Below the pieces are notes generated by a model. The model ran no database searches. It worked only from the letters and a program-made list of their open reading frames with translations, and was not told where the DNA came from. Positions 11,494 to 24,769 of a stretch of DNA of 64,000 bases are shown one piece after another (within the stretch, counting starts at the first letter, position 1; the number at the start of each line of letters is the position of its first letter). This stretch comes from Eledone cirrhosa. Taxonomy: Eukaryota. The position numbers were made by a program, and so were the translations under genes. The DNA is taken from the NCBI GenBank assembly GCA_964016885.1, contig OZ024742.1, positions 356,872,001 through 356,936,000 of the forward strand, read 5' to 3'.

Positions 11494-13009
11494 ATATATA
11501 TATATATATATAAACATAAATTATCGAGATTCGCATTTCGGCCCACGAAATAACGAAAAACAACCTCCAAGATGTGCGGCAAGTGCTCAATGATTCAGAA
11601 GAACCAGAGCTATAACAAACGTTAAAGGCCAAACACACTGAGCCGATGGTTAAACAATCCTTCGCATAGCCAAAAAAACGATCAAGTAATTCGGGTATTG
11701 AACATTTACCCAGACACCTGGAAGGTTGGTAAAATCCAGTATATGGGTTTCTGCGGCTCCTAAATCAAGTACCGTCCGCTTACATAAATAATGTCAGGCT
11801 TCTGGTAAGATGATTGAACAAGGAAGCCACTTTCTCAACAGGTTTTAGTTCAATGTTAATACAAAGACTGACTATTGCTGACCCCACGTGGGGATCGGCA
11901 AGGGAGGCAACCCCTATATCTGGCGAATGAATTCAGTTGTGTATATTCTTGCAAGAATGCAAAAACATCACAAATCGAATAGAGTTCTCAACAGAAGGGT
12001 TAACATTAACATAAGCCATTCATCAGTCAATAGAATCAACTAAAAAATCAAGAAAATTAACTGGTCAATAGCTAGAGTCTGGAGAATAATACAAACATAA
12101 ATATATATATATATAAAGAGGGAGAGAGAAAGAGTTAATTGGAAATGTGATCAAAAGAAATAGTGATATGTCATACTCTGGATCATAATCAGACAAGAAA
12201 AACCAAATTTAAGTGATCATAATGGTTGTAACAGTGACACCAATACCAACAATTACAATATACACTAGAAATGTCTCATTGTATATCTATATGTTGTTCT
12301 ATAATGACACCCTACTTTTAATTGAATTTCACATAATCAAACATGGTCATTGAGTTTGTTTTAATATAATTATTGCATATTGAATAAATTATCAAACCTG
12401 TATAGGAAATTAATAATAAGTATTTGAATCACAATTTTTTTAAAATTGAATGTTAAGTTATGTTTTGGAATATTAAACAGGTGAGAAATAATTGTCTGCT
12501 TTTATAAAATTCTATCAAAGGAATTTGTAATTCGAAAAAAAGAATATAATTATGATTTTATATAAAATTCCTTGTGAAACAAATACAACACCACCACACC
12601 CAAACAGTATACACACACACAAATACATGCACAAACAAAGACAACCAAAAAGACAAATGTTATAGAACCACAACAATAATCACTGAAGATGTCACATAAA
12701 AAATGTTGATAAATTATCTTTATATATTTTTAACTGTTGGTCAATCAATGATAACACTGGTCAACAAAATGTTGCTTCTTTTTCTGCTGACCTGAATTTG
12801 AGACCTGTTCTTGAATAACTTGGGGCTTCTGAGTTTAAAAATGACAATACTTTTTTTTATCACGTCAGATTGATTTTAAGAAATAACACAGGTGTTCAGT
12901 AGCTTGGCTTCATTACGAAGAAAATGTTTGCATTCCCCTGACTCTTGTTGTTATATATGCAGTAGTTTCAGAGTATCAAGTCAAAGAATAAACATTAGTG
13001 AATTTGTGA

Positions 13010-15636
13010 GAAGAGCATACTTGGCTTAATTTAAGCTCACTTGGTGATCAGGATAGATCGTATGCCCCACACAATGCATGTAAACCATGTGTCAAAAATC
13101 TACACCAATGGACAAAGGTCACAAGGAAATAACTAGCATTTGGCATTCCTTTGGTATGGCAGGAGCCAAAGAACCATACAGACGATTGCTGCATTTGTCT
13201 CAAAGACTTCTGATTATAGCAAGAAAACTTGACAGAAAATAAGTTACCCAAATCTGGATTCAACAAATCGACATGTGCTTTACTCGGATGAAGTACCAGT
13301 ACCTGGGATGAACTACCAGTACCTGGGATGAAGTACCAGTATCTGGGATGAACTACCAGTACCTGGGATGAAGTACCAGTACCTGGGATGAAGTACCAGT
13401 ACCTGGGATGAAGTACCAGTACCTGGGATGAACTATCAGTATCTGGGATAAACTACCAGTATCTGGGATGAACTACCAGTACCTGGGATGAAGTACCAGT
13501 ATCTGGGATGAACTACCAGTACCTGGGATGAAGTACCAGTACCTGGGATGAAGTACCAGTACCTGGGATGAACTACCAGTACCTGGGATGAACTACCAGT
13601 ACCTGGGATGAAGTACCAGTACCTGGGATGAAGTACCAGTACCTGGGATGAAGTACCAGTACCTGGGATGAAGTACCAGTACCTGGAATGAAGTACCAGT
13701 ACCTGGGATGAAGTACCAGTACCTGGGATGAACTACCAGTACCTGGGATGAAGTACCAGTACCTGGGATGAACTACCAGTACCTGGGATGAACTACCAGT
13801 ACCTGGGATGAAGTATCAGTACCCGGGATGAAGTACCAGTACCTGGGATGAAGTACCAGTACCCGGAATGAAGTACCAATACCTGGAATGAAGTACCAGT
13901 ACCCGGGATGAAGTGCCAGTACCCAGGATGAAGTACCAATACCCGGGATGAAGTACCAGTACCCAGGATGAACTATCAGTACCCAGGATGAAGTACCAGT
14001 ACCCGGGATGAAGTACCAGTACCCGGCATGAAGTACCAGTACCCGGGATGAAGTACCAGTACCCAGGATGAAGTACCAGTACCTGGGATGAAGTACCAGT
14101 ATCCGAGATGAAGTACCAGTACCCGGGATGAAGTACCAGTACCTGGGATGAAGTACCAGTACCCCGGATGAAGTACCAATACCCCGGATGAAGTACCAAT
14201 ACCATGGATGAAGTACCAGTACCCCGGATGAAGTACCAGTACCCCGGATGAGGTACCAATACCATGGATGAAGTACCAATACCTGGGATGAAGTACCAAT
14301 ACCCGGGATGAAGTACCAGTACCCGGGATGAAGTACCAGTACCCGAGATGAAGTACCAGTACCCGGAATGAAGTACCAATACCCGGGATGAAGTACCAGT
14401 ACCTGGGATGAAGTACCAGTACCCGGGATAAAGTACCAGTACCCGGGATGAAGTACCAGACCCCAGGATGAACTATCAGTCACCAGGATGAAGTACCAGT
14501 ACCCGTTTACACAAAATTACCATCACTGGAAGATGAAAGTGATATTTGTATATCAGATGAAAATTATGATCATAACAGATTTTTTAGCTACAACAAACAA
14601 GGAACTGAATGATTTAGCTGGAGACTTAGTCAAAAGAGTTATCAGAACTGTTAGCTTCTAGACTTAAAGAGAAGATTATGCTGCAGAAAGAAACAAATGT
14701 AACTTTTTATCAGAACAGAGGAAAAATATCTCTTGGCATTCTTTTAAACTGAAAAAAATATTGTCTACTGTTGCGATGTCGTGGAACTGCTAAAAGTGAT
14801 AGGTGCTCTACAGTATGATACTCTCAAATGGAGACTCTTTACAGATAATTCAAAGAAGATTCTAAAATGTGTATTACTCCATAATGGAAACTTGTTAGGT
14901 GTAATTCCTATTGGTCACTCTGTACACATGAAAACATAAACAACTGTATTAGATTTACTCAATTATGATGAACACAAATGGGACATATGTGCAGACCTGA
15001 AAATGGTCAACGTTTTATTTGGCCAACAAGGAGGGTATACAGAATATCCATGTTTCCTGTGTTCATGAGATAGCTGAGTAAAAGACAAATATTGGAAACA
15101 AGAAAAAGTGTGATTGTTGGGGAGAAGAATATCATACACCAACAGCGTGTTGGGTGAGAGAACATCTTCTTCCCACCCCTTCATATTAAACTAGGACTAA
15201 TGAAGTAGTTTGAGCAACATTTTCTGGCCTAAGTTATGACAAAATAAAGGTTGATGTTTTTGACAGGACACAAATCAGAAAGTTAATGAAATGCCAAAAC
15301 TTCTTGAGCTTGATGACTGACATAGAAAAAGAGCATGAGATTCATCTGTGTCTGTTATGAAAGGACTTTGGGGCAGCAAAAAGGCTGCAAACTACAACGA
15401 TTTGGTGGAGACATTGCTTGATAGCTTTTAACATGAGCATAAATATTCATTTCCTCAAGAGCCATCTCAATGAATTTCCTGCTAATCTTGGAGACATGAG
15501 CGATGAGCATAGCGAACGCTTCCATCAAGATATCAAGGTTATGGAGGAGAGATATCAAGGTAGATGGCACACACACATGATGGCAAACTACTTTTGGAGT
15601 ATTCAAAGAGACTGTGTACGCATAAAAACCCCATAA
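13010..15636 (+). pseudogene. Disrupted transposase of the Chapaev3-like element
   Basis: Motifs recoverable across many stops and frameshifts; ORF 15418-15636 is the C-terminal remnant. Confidence 0.8.
13286..14505. repeat. 20-bp minisatellite (61 units) inside the transposase CDS
   Basis: Unit ggatgaagtaccagtacc(t/c)g; 1220 bp with no spacers. Confidence 0.97.
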
Positions 15637-16719
15637 GCGAAAATTTGTTCCATGAATATCTTCGTTAGTGTACGATTGTTTGTGTTTTATCCATTTTATT
15701 TGAGAAAACATGATGTATTTAATAAAAGGTGATGTTATCATATATTTCATCTATCATATCAGATTCTCTTGACATTATAAGTTATGGTTTCAAGCTATAA
15801 CACTTAATAATCTATCTTAAGTAAATTATATTATTCATACAATGCATAATAAAATAGGGATGTGTTAGGAAAAAGTGGAAGCCATATTTGAAATCAAGCA
15901 CCTCAGAATTAGTTAAAAACAACAACAAAACCTAAGTCAGCAAAAAGTGTGTTGACCAGTATAATCATTGATTGCCAGCTAAATTATTTATAAAAATATA
16001 GAAATATACTGAAGCAATTACCGGACCAAACAATGAGTGTATTTTACTATTTTACTTTAAATAAATAGATTCTTCTTTCTAAACCTGTGTTGCTGAACAA
16101 AGTTAGTTGATCTTCCAATTTATAAGATTACTGGTTTACATAAAATGTGTTTATTTATATATATATATTACTATTAGTTTAGGCTGCTACTCCTGATCTA
16201 ATCTGAAAGAGAACTGTTATCAAAGTGCTTATTATTTAGCCTAAAACCAAGTTACTGAAAACCTTATCATAACTAAATACATATCTGGCTCCCATATTTG
16301 AACAAATTTAATTTACATGACTGATACAGTTTGTATAATTTATTACAAGTTCTGTATTTGATTTGAATACAAAGCTGGTTTCTAATAAAAATCAATAAGC
16401 TTTGCTTTGAACACGTGAACACTGGATTTCTAAGATGGGGAATTATCATTATTTTACACTGATCTATTGAGACTGATGTCACCATCCTGGTTATTATAAT
16501 CACATTTTGACCATTGTAACCTCTGGCCATATTCAGATCCCTATATTATTCCAGAATATTCTCAGAACATCAAGCATTATGCCTAAGTCTATAGTAAGAA
16601 AATTGTTTAACCCTTTAATCACTATATTTCTTATGATTTTGAAATAATTTTGAAAATAATCAAGAATTTGGGCATATCTAGTAATATAACTAATGCTTTC
16701 ATTATTAAGTTGTAGTTTA

Positions 16720-16935
16720 GGGATCGAAAGTATTGGTAGAGTTTCAGACAACATGGTTGGCAGCATATATTTGCAGCAATTTACATTCTGAGTTCAAATC
16801 TGGCTGAGGTTAACTTCACATTTCATCCCTATGGGATCAATGATATACAGTATCAGTAATGCACTGGGTTTGATTCAACCAACTTTCCCTTTCCTTCCAA
16901 ACTGCTGGTCTATTACCAAAAGTAGAAAGAATTAT
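16720..16935 (+). mobile_element. Nin/Deu-type SINE (diverged), probably nested in a decayed TTAA-type MITE (16611-17061)
   Basis: ctgagttcaaatc...ggttaactt..catttcatcc..atggg.tcaat...aaaagtagaaagaattatt. Flanks ttaaccctttaatc and gaaatggttaa. Confidence 0.7.
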
Positions 16936-17308
16936 TAAGGTGTTGTTTGGAAAATAATTTCACAAAGGTTCATACATACAGTTATAATGAAAGGTAGATT
17001 AAAATAAATAGATTTGTATCATGAAACCAAAGCCATTTTCAAGCTGTTTGGTATTGAAATGGTTAAAGCTGCTAAATTCTACAATATATATTTGCCTATT
17101 GGAAGATCAGATAGTATAACAGTGGGTTAAATGTTAAGTGTGTTTGTCTACTTGCTAGTCATCAGTTCACAAGAGATCTGGGTTCAACCCCCATGTATAC
17201 TGATGCCCCTTCTATCCAGTGTGCTTGTTATTAGACAACTTTCAGTAGTAAAAAAAATATGATGAAAAATGCTTCTAATTCAATTTTCAAATTTCACCTG
17301 TTCTAAAC

Positions 17309-17472
17309 CAGGCATAGGCAACATTTTTTGAGCAGTGAGCCTCATAGTATGTAGCTCATCATAAAACAGACTGTACTACTAAACATTTCAAGCCAATATT
17401 AAAATTAGGTGTGCCATTCAGAAAGCCAAATGGGCAGCATGTGGATCATGGGATGAAGTTTGCCCATGACTG
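17309..17472 (+). mobile_element. hAT (Charlie-like) MITE
   Basis: Exact 8-bp TSD TTCTAAAC at 17301-17308 and 17473-17480; TIR CAGGCATAGGCAAC versus CAGTCATGGGCAAA. Confidence 0.8.
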
Positions 17473-17709
17473 TTCTAAACATACACACTTGTTTACATAT
17501 CACCATTAATTTATAACTTATAAATATAACAGAAAGATATGGGTGGGAAAGTTGGTGTAACCTGTAGAACACTTGTCCTGTAAACAAGAGATGTGGGATC
17601 TCAAGCAGTGAGGGCGTCTAGACCCTCTTATTTACAGACTATTTTCTGTAGTTAAAAAAATATGTTGAAAAAAGATTCCATTTCAATTTTCATATATATA
17701 TATATAAGT

Positions 17710-17862
17710 TTATCCCGGGTTCAATATGGGGTAACCACAGTAAGCAAGGTATTCAATACAAAGCAGAGAATAATTATTTAATTTAGAAAGGTTTCTACAG
17801 GACTAGAACTGTTTAATTCCAGAGAAATCGATTTCTCCAGAATGAAACAATTCTAGTCCTTA
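17710..17862. repeat. Small TA-associated repeat with hairpin (related to 10905-11060)
   Basis: Shared head tcccgggttcaat..ggggtaac.acagtaag.aaggtatt; hairpin aggactagaactgttt...gaaacaattctagtcct. Confidence 0.55.
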
Positions 17863-17895
17863 CATTAAATATATATATACATTAAATATATATAC

Positions 17896-17953
<58 letters not shown>

Positions 17954-18097
17954 GCAAGAAGCAAAAAAAATTTCAATGATACGAAAGATTACCTGATGGA
18001 AGTTCAGGTGTACTCCTGGTTGGTATCCAGTTTCGGGGTGAAAATCCAATTAGAAAATCCAACGAACTTTGAGAGGTCCATGTAAGCATTGATATAT

Positions 18098-18528
18098 ATA
18101 TAAATGGTAAACAAAAATAACAACACAATCGGTACAGTATATATGGAAGGGATATATTAGGTTAATGCTTGGTATAACAGGATGAGGGTCTCAACGTTTC
18201 GGATGCTCGTGCACAAGTATAGCTCTTTTTACAAAATGGTTTTCTTTCCATTTCAGGTAGACATGCTCCATCATCCACTTTTCTTAAAAATAAATCATAC
18301 ACAAAACGCCAGTTTGCCAAGATATATCAATGTGAATGGACCTGTTATTTTCATCTAAAGACATTTTTTTCCAATTCCATCCCTCCCGTCCCCTGAATCT
18401 TTCTAATTACTCATTCTTTCTTATGAAACATTAAGACCCTCTTGCTGCTATATCAAGCGTTAACCTAATATATCCCTTCCATATACTGTACCGATTGTGT
18501 TGTTATTTCTGTTTACATTTTACATACA
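18098..18528. mobile_element. Foldback with ~100 bp inverted arms (Penelope pLTR-like)
   Basis: 18100-18200 is the reverse complement of 18424-18525; arms carry gaaac(g/a)tt.agaccctc. TA-flanked. Confidence 0.6.
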
Positions 18529-18539
18529 TATATATATCA

Positions 18540-18855
18540 ATAACATTAATAAATGGAAACTATCTTTATAAAACCATATTTATTTATATATATTTCAAGG
18601 GTACCAACTGATGAGCAGATAAAATATAAAAGTTGTTTTACAGATAGTGACATATTCAAAACAAGAACTTATCGTTTTAAGTTCTGTTTGAATAGAGCTT
18701 AAAACGATAAGTTCTTGTTTTGAATATGTCACTATCTGTAAAACAACTTTTATATTTTATCTGATGAGAGCATACCAAAAAAGTTGGTACCCTTAAAATA
18801 TATATAATAAAATAAATATGGTTTTATAAAGATAGTTTCCATTTGTTAATATTAT
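18540..18855. mobile_element. Near-perfect ~315 bp hairpin containing a hammerhead-like motif
   Basis: Arms 18540-18681 and 18698-18855 are reverse complements; right arm reads ttttat-CTGATGA-g...ggtaccctt-(g/a)aaa-tatatata-ataaaa. Confidence 0.7.
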
Positions 18856-19235
18856 ACTCCAGGAGAATCCTGTAGAGTGCTTTGAATCTGTTTTACACTA
18901 AATTTGTTGAATAACCAACAAATTAAATAACTCATTGTTTATATATATATATATATATAATGCTATGAGTTTATTGGTTTGCTTCACAAACTTCCATTGA
19001 TCCTTGTGTTGTGCAATCAATTGTTGCACTTTGTGGTGAATTGATGGTGGTTTTTGTTTATTTTTGTTCTTTTTATATATCGTTTTGATTGTATATTTTA
19101 GTGTTTTACATTTGTGAGATTAATAGCAATAATTGATTGTATTTACTATATGTCTTTATATTGTCATTCTGAAAGAATTGTGAACAATTTGTAATGTTAT
19201 TTATATTATTACATTCATAGAAAATTAATTAAGAT

Positions 19236-19289
<54 letters not shown>

Positions 19290-19805
19290 GAAGATAAAAA
19301 ATAATATATATGTCCGGTCTCTCTTCAGCGCTACTGGTAACATGTAACTCAGTACAACCTGTACAGGGTCAGGTCATCAGCGACTAAACCGCCAACCCCA
19401 CCAAGCCTGTTTGGTGAGGAGCGTAATTTTGGACACCCTGCGGGATGAAAAACAAAACCTGTCAAGGGGCAGAGCACCTCAGGAGAGTCAACAACCATCC
19501 AACAAAGACGTAGGCCAGTTCTACTTTTTGGGCGAAATGCATTCAATGTTCAGAGAGTTGGATTCACTCTGTAGAAGGCCCTTCCTCACTTAAAAAAGCT
19601 TCAAGCACAGACACCACTTGATATGTTAAATTTTTGTGATACATAGCATTGTTGGCCACAGGCAAGTCCCTAGCAGGACTATAAAGCCACACCCTTGAGG
19701 CTCATGATTAAGTATCAAGCAATGGCATATGGCATTACTTGAAATTGAGCTGCAGCCATCATATATATATATGTATATTATCCGTATATATATATATATA
19801 TATAT

Positions 19806-20485
19806 ATATTTCGTTACTGAATTTGTTTAGCAAGATTCTTTATCTGAAAACGTGTGTTAAACCGATATTGTTATACTTTGGGTGGGTCATGTTGCCAATA
19901 AGAAACACACACACCAGTTGCTTTCACTTCAATTTATTATAATAAATTTATAAATTTTAGAATTTATAAATTTCCGGTTGATTGGTTGGTTCCACAACCA
20001 GATGATTCTTTATATGTTGTCAAAGTTCTTTCGTCACACATTCTGTGACCTCTTCAGTGACTGGGGATTCTTTTCTTTGTTTTTGTGCCTCTCCTTTGTT
20101 CTGTCCTACGCCATCTTGTTTTTGCGTGTGTTGTGTGCTTAGTTTGTGCATGTAAATACCAGTAACATGTAAATAAACAAATAAATAAACAAATATAAAC
20201 ACACACAGACACCCGGATGTAACACATGCGCAAACTAAGCACACAACACACACAAAAACAAGATGGCGTAGGACAGAACAAAGGAGAGGCACTGAAAAGG
20301 TCAAAGAATGTGTGAAGAAAGAAGTTTGACAATATATAAACAATCATCTGGTTGTGGAACCAACCAACCAACCGGAAATTTATAAATTCCTAAATTTATG
20401 AATTTATTATAATAAATTGAAGTGAACGCAACTGTTGCGTGTGTTTCTTATTGGCAACATGACCCTCCCAAAGTATAACAATATA
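19806..20485. mobile_element. Inverted pair of Penelope-like pseudo-LTRs
   Basis: 19806-20150 is a minus-strand pLTR (hammerhead at 20019-20061) and 20155-20485 a plus-strand pLTR. Both outer ends abut (TA)n. Confidence 0.9.
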
Positions 20486-20502
20486 TATATATATATATAT
20501 AT

Positions 20503-23500
20503 CTACAATCGTTGTTATCCTATAATTCTGTCTCACTGTTCTAAATAATCACCTCTTTGCTAACTACCCCATACCCCTCCCTCCCGCCCCCACTTTCCAC
20601 CTTTATTATTTGGACCAATCACAAGTCAACGGCCTATGCTATCACTTCTGACTGCTTTTCGATATGATGGATGGACTAAGGAATTTCTGGAGAGTCTGAA
20701 GAATCTGGACACTCGATGACAATGCCAAAGATAACGACAAATTCACCTCATGCTGCCGGACGAAAGGGCAAGGTCCCTTCCTCTTTGTTTCGGTCGCGGA
20801 TGGCCAACATAACCCCAACCCCATCCCCCTCACCCCTCCCTGCGCCCCATCCTCCAAACACAATCCAAAACTTCAGAGTTGGTACCATGAATGTAGGCAC
20901 CTTAATAGGCCGCTCTAACGAGGTTGTAGAAATGCTTGAACGTAAGGAGGTTGATGTTTGCTGTATCCAAGAGACCAGGTGGAGGGGCGGGTCTGCTAGA
21001 TTCATTGTGGGTAAAAAAACGTTGCTATCAGCTTTTCTGGGTGGGAAATGACAATGGGATAGGTGGGGTAGGAATCATGTTAGCAGAAAAATGGGTGGGT
21101 AAGATAATAGATGTAAATAGAGTGAATGACAGAATAATTAAATTAAGACTTGTTCTAAACAAAACTACTCTGACAGTAATATCTGCATACGCGCCCCAAT
21201 CCGGACTGCCTGGCGCTATAAAAGACAGATTCTATGAGACACTGATGCTCACTACCACCCAAATGACTGACAGTGACTATATAATTATTGCTGGCGACCT
21301 AAATGGCCACGTTGGACAAAATTGTGACGGCTATGACGGAATCCACGGAGGCTATGTGTTTGGTACTAGAAACGAGGAAGGCAAATAACCTAACTGTCTG
21401 TAACACTAACTTCAAAAAACGAGACAATCATTTGATCACCTACAGATCAGGGGAACATACCAGCCAGGTAGATTATATCCTTACCAGAAGACGTGACAGA
21501 GTGTCTGTTGTAAACACTAAATCCCTCCCCCATGAAGAATGCACCTCCCAACATAGACTGATAATAAGCGACATCATAGTCAGGACGAGACATACTAGAC
21601 AGCAGAAGAGGACTATCCTCAGGAGAAAAATATGGAAACTAAAGGATCTCACAGCCAGAAATAAATTTAAAAGCATATTACTTGATGCTTTCGACAGTAA
21701 GGAAGAGCAATTAGAGTCGTACAATATAGAGGAACAGTGGGAATTCCTGAAAGCAAACCAGCTGATGGTGGCAGACGAAGTCTGTGGCTGGAGCAGGCCT
21801 GTAGGCAGGAGGAGAGTAACATGCTGGTGGAACTTTAAGGTGGAGGAGTCAATTAAGGCCGAAAAGCAGGCTTGGAAAGTATGGCGGGATGGGGGAAGTA
21901 GAGAAGAATATCAAGTGGCCAGGAGGGAAACTAGGAGACAAGTGTACTTCGCAAGAAGGGAAGCAGAGGAAAAAAAGTTCAAGCATGTTCGACAACACGA
22001 GGACCAAAAACGTGAGGTGTTCAGGATTGCTAGGCAATGTGTCAAGGAAAACCGTGATATTGTCGGGGAGAAGTGTGTACTTAATGATGATGGTGTACTT
22101 GCCATCACTGACGCTGATAAGAAGGTAGCTTGGAAGTGTCACTACGAAAGGCTACTAAATGAGGAGAATAAATGGGAGAAAGACAGTCTCCCCCACATCG
22201 ACCCAATAAAGGGACCAGCAGTGTTAGTCGAAGGTAGTATAATAAGTAAGGCAATCAAATATATGAAGACGGGTAAGGCGGCTGTGCCTTCGGAAATAGT
22301 TGCTGAGATGCTGAAAGTCTCTGGAACGGTGGGACACACCATGGTCACCCGGATAGTAAACCATGTCATACAGAATGGGGTTGTTCCGAAGGACTGGCGT
22401 AGCAGCATCATCGTTAACTGTTACAAGGGTAAAGGAGACGCCCTAGATAGGAGTAACTATAGAGACATTAAATTAATCGACCAGGTCCTGAAGGTCACGG
22501 AAAAAGTAATAGCGCAACTAATCAGAGAGAGAATTGATCTAGATGAAATGCAGTTCGGTTTGTGTCAGGCAAAAGTACCACAGACGCTCTTTTCATTGTA
22601 TGACAACTACAGGAGAAGTACTTAGCTAAAAGTAAACCCCTATACTTAGCTTTTGTCGACTTGGAGAAAGCCTTCAACAGAGTCCCCCGTTCCATTATCT
22701 GGTGGGCTCTTAGAAAACTAGGTGTTGATGAATGGCTTGTGAGAGCTATACAAGCCATGTATAAAGAAACAGTCAGCAAGGTTAGAATTACCAACGAATA
22801 TAGTGAAGAGTTTAGCGTAAAAGTTGGTGTTCATCAGGGCTATGTTCTTAGCCCCCTACTATTTATTATTGCCCTTCAGGCTATAACAGTGGAGTTCAAG
22901 ACCGGCTGCCCATGGGAACTCCTATATGCAGATGATCTAACGCTTATAGCTGAATCAATGGCCGAGCTAGAGAAGAAATTCCAAACATGGAAGCACAGCC
23001 TAGAATCAAAAGGCCTTAAAATTAACCTGGCTAAGACTAAAGTTCTAGTTTGTAGGAAAGAAAATAAGGCGCCGGTCCCTTCCAGGAAATGGCCATGCTC
23101 AGTGTGTAGGAAAGGGGTAGGTAGAAACTCCATTTTATGTCCCAAATGCAAAGTATGGGTGCATAAAAGATGTAGTTGGATCACAGGTAAGCTAACTAAG
23201 AACATAGATTTTACATGTGACCGGTGCTCTGGTGCCATAAGTAGCAGCAAGTGCCCACAAATACTAGCTCTTTCAATTGCGCAGAGGGTTCTATAGAAAT
23301 AGTGGACAGCTTCCGTTACCTGGGTGACAAAATCAGCAGTGGGGGAGGGTGCTCTGAAAGTACAGTATCTAGAGTCAGAAGTGGATGGAAAAAGTTCAGA
23401 GAGCTTATACCACTATTTGCCGCTAAAGTGTTCTCCCTAAAAATGAAAGGCAGTCTGTATGATGCCTGCATACGAACAGCAATGTTGCATGGCAGTGAGA

Positions 23501-24230
23501 CCTGGGCATTGTGTGCAGAGGATATACGCAGACTAGAGAGGAACGAAGCTTGCATGCTCCGCTGGATGTGTAATAGTAATATACGTGAACGGCAAAGCAT
23601 AAACGAACTAAGGGAAAAATTAGAAATAAGAGGGATCAGATGTTGTTTACTCGAGAGAAGGCTACGTTGGTATGGTCACGTGATGCACATGAAAGACGAC
23701 AGCTGTATAAAAAAGTGCAGGGCAATAAAGATAGACGGTAGCCATGGAGTAGGCAGACCCAGAAAAACCTGGGATGATCTGATAAATTCCGACCTCACAC
23801 ACTTACGCCTCTCCAAGACAATGTCACTGGACCGAGACCTTTGGCGGTACTCAGTAATAGAGAAGACCAGCCTTACCTAAATACAAAGTAAAACCTACTA
23901 CAGTATGTAGGCATCTCTAACAAAATACACCCCGTACCAGCACCCCCACCCCATCCACACCGCCCCTTTCAATGTAAAGTTATGTTGGTGCCACAACATC
24001 CAGGCCTAAACAAATGAGATCGTGTAGGTGTCACAATAAAAAAACACACAGTCCACGCTGTAATGTGGCCGTGTAGGCAACACGGCAAAAACCTCCCAGT
24101 CCCACACTGTAAATGTGGTTGGTGTTAGGAAGGGCATCCAACTGTAGAAAACCCGCCAGACATTCCTATGCGAGCAAGACAAACACTCTTGCCTCAAAGA
24201 GTTAAACGATGATGATGACGATGATGATGA
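20503..24230 (+). mobile_element. Full-length RTE-clade non-LTR retrotransposon (APE + RT + PHD-like finger), frameshifted
   Basis: APE motifs VGTMNVGT, VCCIQETRW, ISAYAPQ, AGDLNGHVG, QVDYIL, SQHRL. RT motifs DLEKAFNRVPR, GVHQGYVLSPLLF, LLYADDL, FRYLG. C-terminal RLRWYGHV and GRPRKTW. (GAT)n tail; both ends in (TA)n. Confidence 0.95.
20716..23880 (+). pseudogene. RTE ORF (endonuclease-reverse transcriptase) split by about 4 frameshifts/deletions
   Basis: Consecutive ORFs 20716-21051, 20936-21388, 21303-22625, 22661-23296 and 23251-23880 join into one RTE polyprotein. Confidence 0.93.
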
Positions 24231-24429
24231 TATATATATATATATATATATGAATAATATTGAACCACTCTCATACGCAAGTCTACATGCTGAAACATAT
24301 CTCAGGAGCTTCGATTCCAGAGTCAGGTTCGATTATTAATAGATCATTCCTCGAACTGGTTGACTGTGAAACATATGTAATAAATATGTATATGATGCAA
24401 CACTGATTCTTTGTTCCCTTATATATTAA

Positions 24430-24471
<42 letters not shown>

Positions 24472-24769
24472 TGGTTGAAGTGGAACATGCAAGTGTCACT
24501 CCTCAAGTAAATCATTTATATGGAAATATCCAAGACATGGACAACCGAATGAGAAAATTCTATTCCAGTGGTTTTGTTAATGATTTCAACACAAACTTTC
24601 TAGGACATTACTGATCACAGCAGACACCTGATGAAGGCTGCAGTGTACAATAGCAAAAAGGATGTTATTATAACAACCAAGATAGTAACATTAGTCTGAA
24701 TAGATTAATTAATCATGCAGGTAAAATATTGTATGCTTGCAGGTTCCCACAACTCCTGAGAGCCTTGTT

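Larger units (their letters stand above)
12755..15961 (+). mobile_element. Chapaev3-like (CMC superfamily) DNA transposon with degenerate transposase
   Basis: Ends CACTGGTCAACA.../...TGTTGACCAGT(A) flanked by TAA on both sides. Broken transposase motifs LGDQDRSYAPHNACKPC, FGIPLVWQEPKNHTDDC, LKCVLLHNGN, DLKMVN..GQQGGYT.YPCFLC, PLHIKLGLMK, NMSINIHFLKSHL..F..NLGD.SDEH.ERFHQDIKVMEERYQGRW. Confidence 0.8.

Noticed and set aside
11520-12000. GC-richer segment that looks like decayed coding or TE sequence
   Set aside because: No recognisable motif or intact frame; could not be assigned without a search.
13286-14505. CRISPR-like regular repeats and repeat ORFs (LHPGYWYFIPGTGTSS)
   Set aside because: Contiguous 20-bp units with no unique spacers, no cas genes and a eukaryotic context; the ORFs are antisense artefacts.
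19310-19500. Possible RTE 5' UTR with HDV-like ribozyme
   Set aside because: Could not build the nested double pseudoknot by eye, and no downstream ORF is attached.
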